Below, piece after piece: positions 16,092-17,242 of a stretch of DNA of 17,242 nucleotides. The notes beneath the pieces are model-generated. The model searched no databases. It was not told where the DNA came from and saw only the letters and a program-made list of their open reading frames with translations. The position numbers were made by a program, and so were the translations under genes. Location: NCBI GenBank assembly GCA_041497895.1, contig JBGQHJ010000107.1, positions 1-17,242 on the forward strand, in the 5' to 3' direction. The DNA comes from Candidatus Methylomirabilia bacterium (lineage in GTDB: Bacteria; Methylomirabilota; Methylomirabilia; Rokubacteriales; CSP1-6). The stretch's first letter is position 1. The number at the start of each line of letters is the position of its first letter.

Positions 16092-16116
16092 CGTGAATCG
16101 GGCCCTCCGGTAGTGT
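16088..16116 (+). promoter_or_regulatory. sigma70 promoter for tRNA-Val (and possibly thrS)
   Basis: TTGACG (16088-16093, overlapping the nucleotidase TGA), 17-bp spacer, TAGTGT (16111-16116). Confidence 0.7.
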
Positions 16117-16137
16117 ATTCAATGCTTTCGGGAACCT

Positions 16138-16212
16138 AGGCTCGTAGCTCAGTGGGAGAGCGCTACCTTGACACGGTAGAGGTCGGCGGTTCGAAACCGC
16201 CCGAGCCTACCA
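16138..16212 (+). tRNA. tRNA-Val (anticodon GAC)
   Basis: Acceptor stem AGGCTCG/CGAGCCT, D-arm GCTC..GAGC, anticodon stem CTACC/GGTAG with loop TTGACAC (GAC 16170-16172), T-arm GGCGG-TTCGAAA-CCGCC, encoded ACCA end. Confidence 0.97.
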
Positions 16213-16290
16213 TTTCCTCATGCGGGGTGTGACGGTCACCAGGGGGTGCGCATCGTTTGCCGGTCGAGCGTGAGTGAGTGAGGGAGTTGC

Positions 16291-16330
16291 GAGCATCACC
16301 GGGCGCAGCCCTGTGATGCTTTGTTGTTTT
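16291..16330 (+). terminator. intrinsic terminator-like hairpin between tRNA-Val and thrS
   Basis: AGCATCAC-C-GGGC-GCA-GCCC-T-GTGATGCT followed by TTGTTGTTTT. Confidence 0.65.
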
Positions 16331-16346
16331 CTGAGACAGGGAGAAC

Positions 16347-17242
16347 ATGGCGGAACTTGACGAGGCCCGGCACCTGAACCTGGCGGGGGAGTTCGACTGC
16401 GACCCCGAGCCCTTGCCCACGCTCCGCCATTCCACCTCGCACGTGATGGCGCAGGCGGTGAAGCGGCTCTTTCCCCAGGTGAAGGTCGCCATCGGCCCCG
16501 CGATCGAGGACGGCTTCTACTACGACTTCCTCAAGGCGGAGCCGTTCACGCCCGAGGACCTGGCGCGCATCGAGGACGGCATGCGCGAGATCGTGAATGC
16601 GGACTACCCCTTCACGCGCGAGGAGATGCCGCGGGAGCGGGCGATCGCGTTCTTCGAGGAGCGGGGCGAGCCGTTCAAGGTGGAGATCCTGCGCGGCCTG
16701 TCGGTGCCCACCGTCTCGATCTACCGCCAGGGCGACTTCCTCGACCTCTGCCGCGGGCCGCACGTGGCCTCGACGGGCCAGCTCAAGGCCTTCAAGCTCC
16801 TCTCCGCGTCCGGCGCCTACTGGCGCGGGGACGAGAAGAACCCGATGCTGCAGCGGATCTACGGGACCGCCTGGCTCACCCAGGAGGAGCTCGACAAGCA
16901 CCTCTGGCGCCTCGAGGAGGCGAAGAAGCGCGACCACCGCAAGCTCGGGCGGGAGCTCGACCTGTTCGACTTCTTCGACATCGCGCCGGGGGCGCCGTTC
17001 TGGCTGCCGGGCGGCATGGTCCTGGTGCGCGAGCTCGAGAGGTTCGCGCGCGAGTCGCTCGACGCGCGCGGCTACCAGGAGATCTCGACCCCGCTGCTGG
17101 TGAACAAGAAGCTGTGGGAGCAGTCCGGGCACTGGGACCTCTACCAGGACAACATGTTCAAGTTCGAGGTCGAGGACGAGGTCTTCAGCCTCAAGCCCAT
17201 GAACTGCCCGGAGTCGGCCCTCGTCTACAAGCGGGCGCTCCG
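16347..17242 (+). CDS. thrS: threonine--tRNA ligase, 5' part (runs off the window end)
   Basis: AGGGAG RBS, ATG 16347; MAELDEARH...TLRHSTSHVMAQAVKRLFP.VK.AIGPAIEDGFYYDF, DLCRGPH, GAYWRGDEKNPMLQRIYGTAW, RDHRKLGRELDLF, LWEQSGHW, LKPMNCP. Absent from the ORF track because there is no stop in the window. Confidence 0.97.
   Translation, partial: MAELDEARHLNLAGEFDCDPEPLPTLRHSTSHVMAQAVKRLFPQVKVAIGPAIEDGFYYDFLKAEPFTPEDLARIEDGMREIVNADYPFTREEMPRERAIAFFEERGEPFKVEILRGLSVPTVSIYRQGDFLDLCRGPHVASTGQLKAFKLLSASGAYWRGDEKNPMLQRIYGTAWLTQEELDKHLWRLEEAKKRDHRKLGRELDLFDFFDIAPGAPFWLPGGMVLVRELERFARESLDARGYQEISTPLLVNKKLWEQSGHWDLYQDNMFKFEVEDEVFSLKPMNCPESALVYKRAL

Noticed and set aside
16138..16290. Integrated element at tRNA-Val
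   Set aside because: No integrase, no duplicated tRNA 3' end, and thrS follows directly.
16213..16346. T-box or E. coli-type tRNA-Thr anticodon-mimic operator upstream of thrS
   Set aside because: The spacer is too short for a T-box and lacks its consensus; I found no stem-loop with a convincing NGU anticodon-like loop.
184..17132. Numerous long antisense or alternate-frame ORFs (e.g. 184-1500, 5728-7827, 6030-7742, 10281-12449, 10406-12514, 14673-15881, 16296-17132)
   Set aside because: Typical stop-poor shadow ORFs of high-GC3 genes, with no recognisable motifs and full overlap with well-supported genes.

Overview
GC-rich bacterial chromosomal window. The gene style is reminiscent of Candidatus Rokubacteria/Methylomirabilota, but that is an impression I cannot verify. 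Content in order: 3' end of a probable LOG-family gene; a LIV-type ABC transporter operon with an embedded alpha/beta hydrolase; an FAD-dependent oxidoreductase and a TVP38/DedA membrane protein; a ~490-bp leader followed by two tandem, translationally coupled type I-beta DAHP synthase (aroF) paralogues; a convergent PhnD-like binding protein plus hybrid sensor kinase pair; a TonB-family protein; a 5'-nucleotidase lipoprotein; tRNA-Val(GAC); and the 5' part of thrS. The main discovery is in the aroF leader. It has a TTGACA-N17-TAGACT promoter, a 30-aa leader peptide missed by the ORF track that carries Trp, Tyr and Phe codons (W-R-S-Y-F-Y-F), a cascade of mutually exclusive hairpins and an intrinsic terminator. 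This looks like a ribosome-mediated attenuator sensing all three aromatic amino acids, placed upstream of two DAHP synthases whose ACT domains differ at a known effector-specificity residue (Ser31 vs Ile31). Other points of note: two genes that seem to need near-cognate start codons (ACG, CTG), a palindromic repeat absorbed into the livG C-terminus that hides the livF RBS, and a repeat-derived 14-codon mini-ORF bridging livF and livH.
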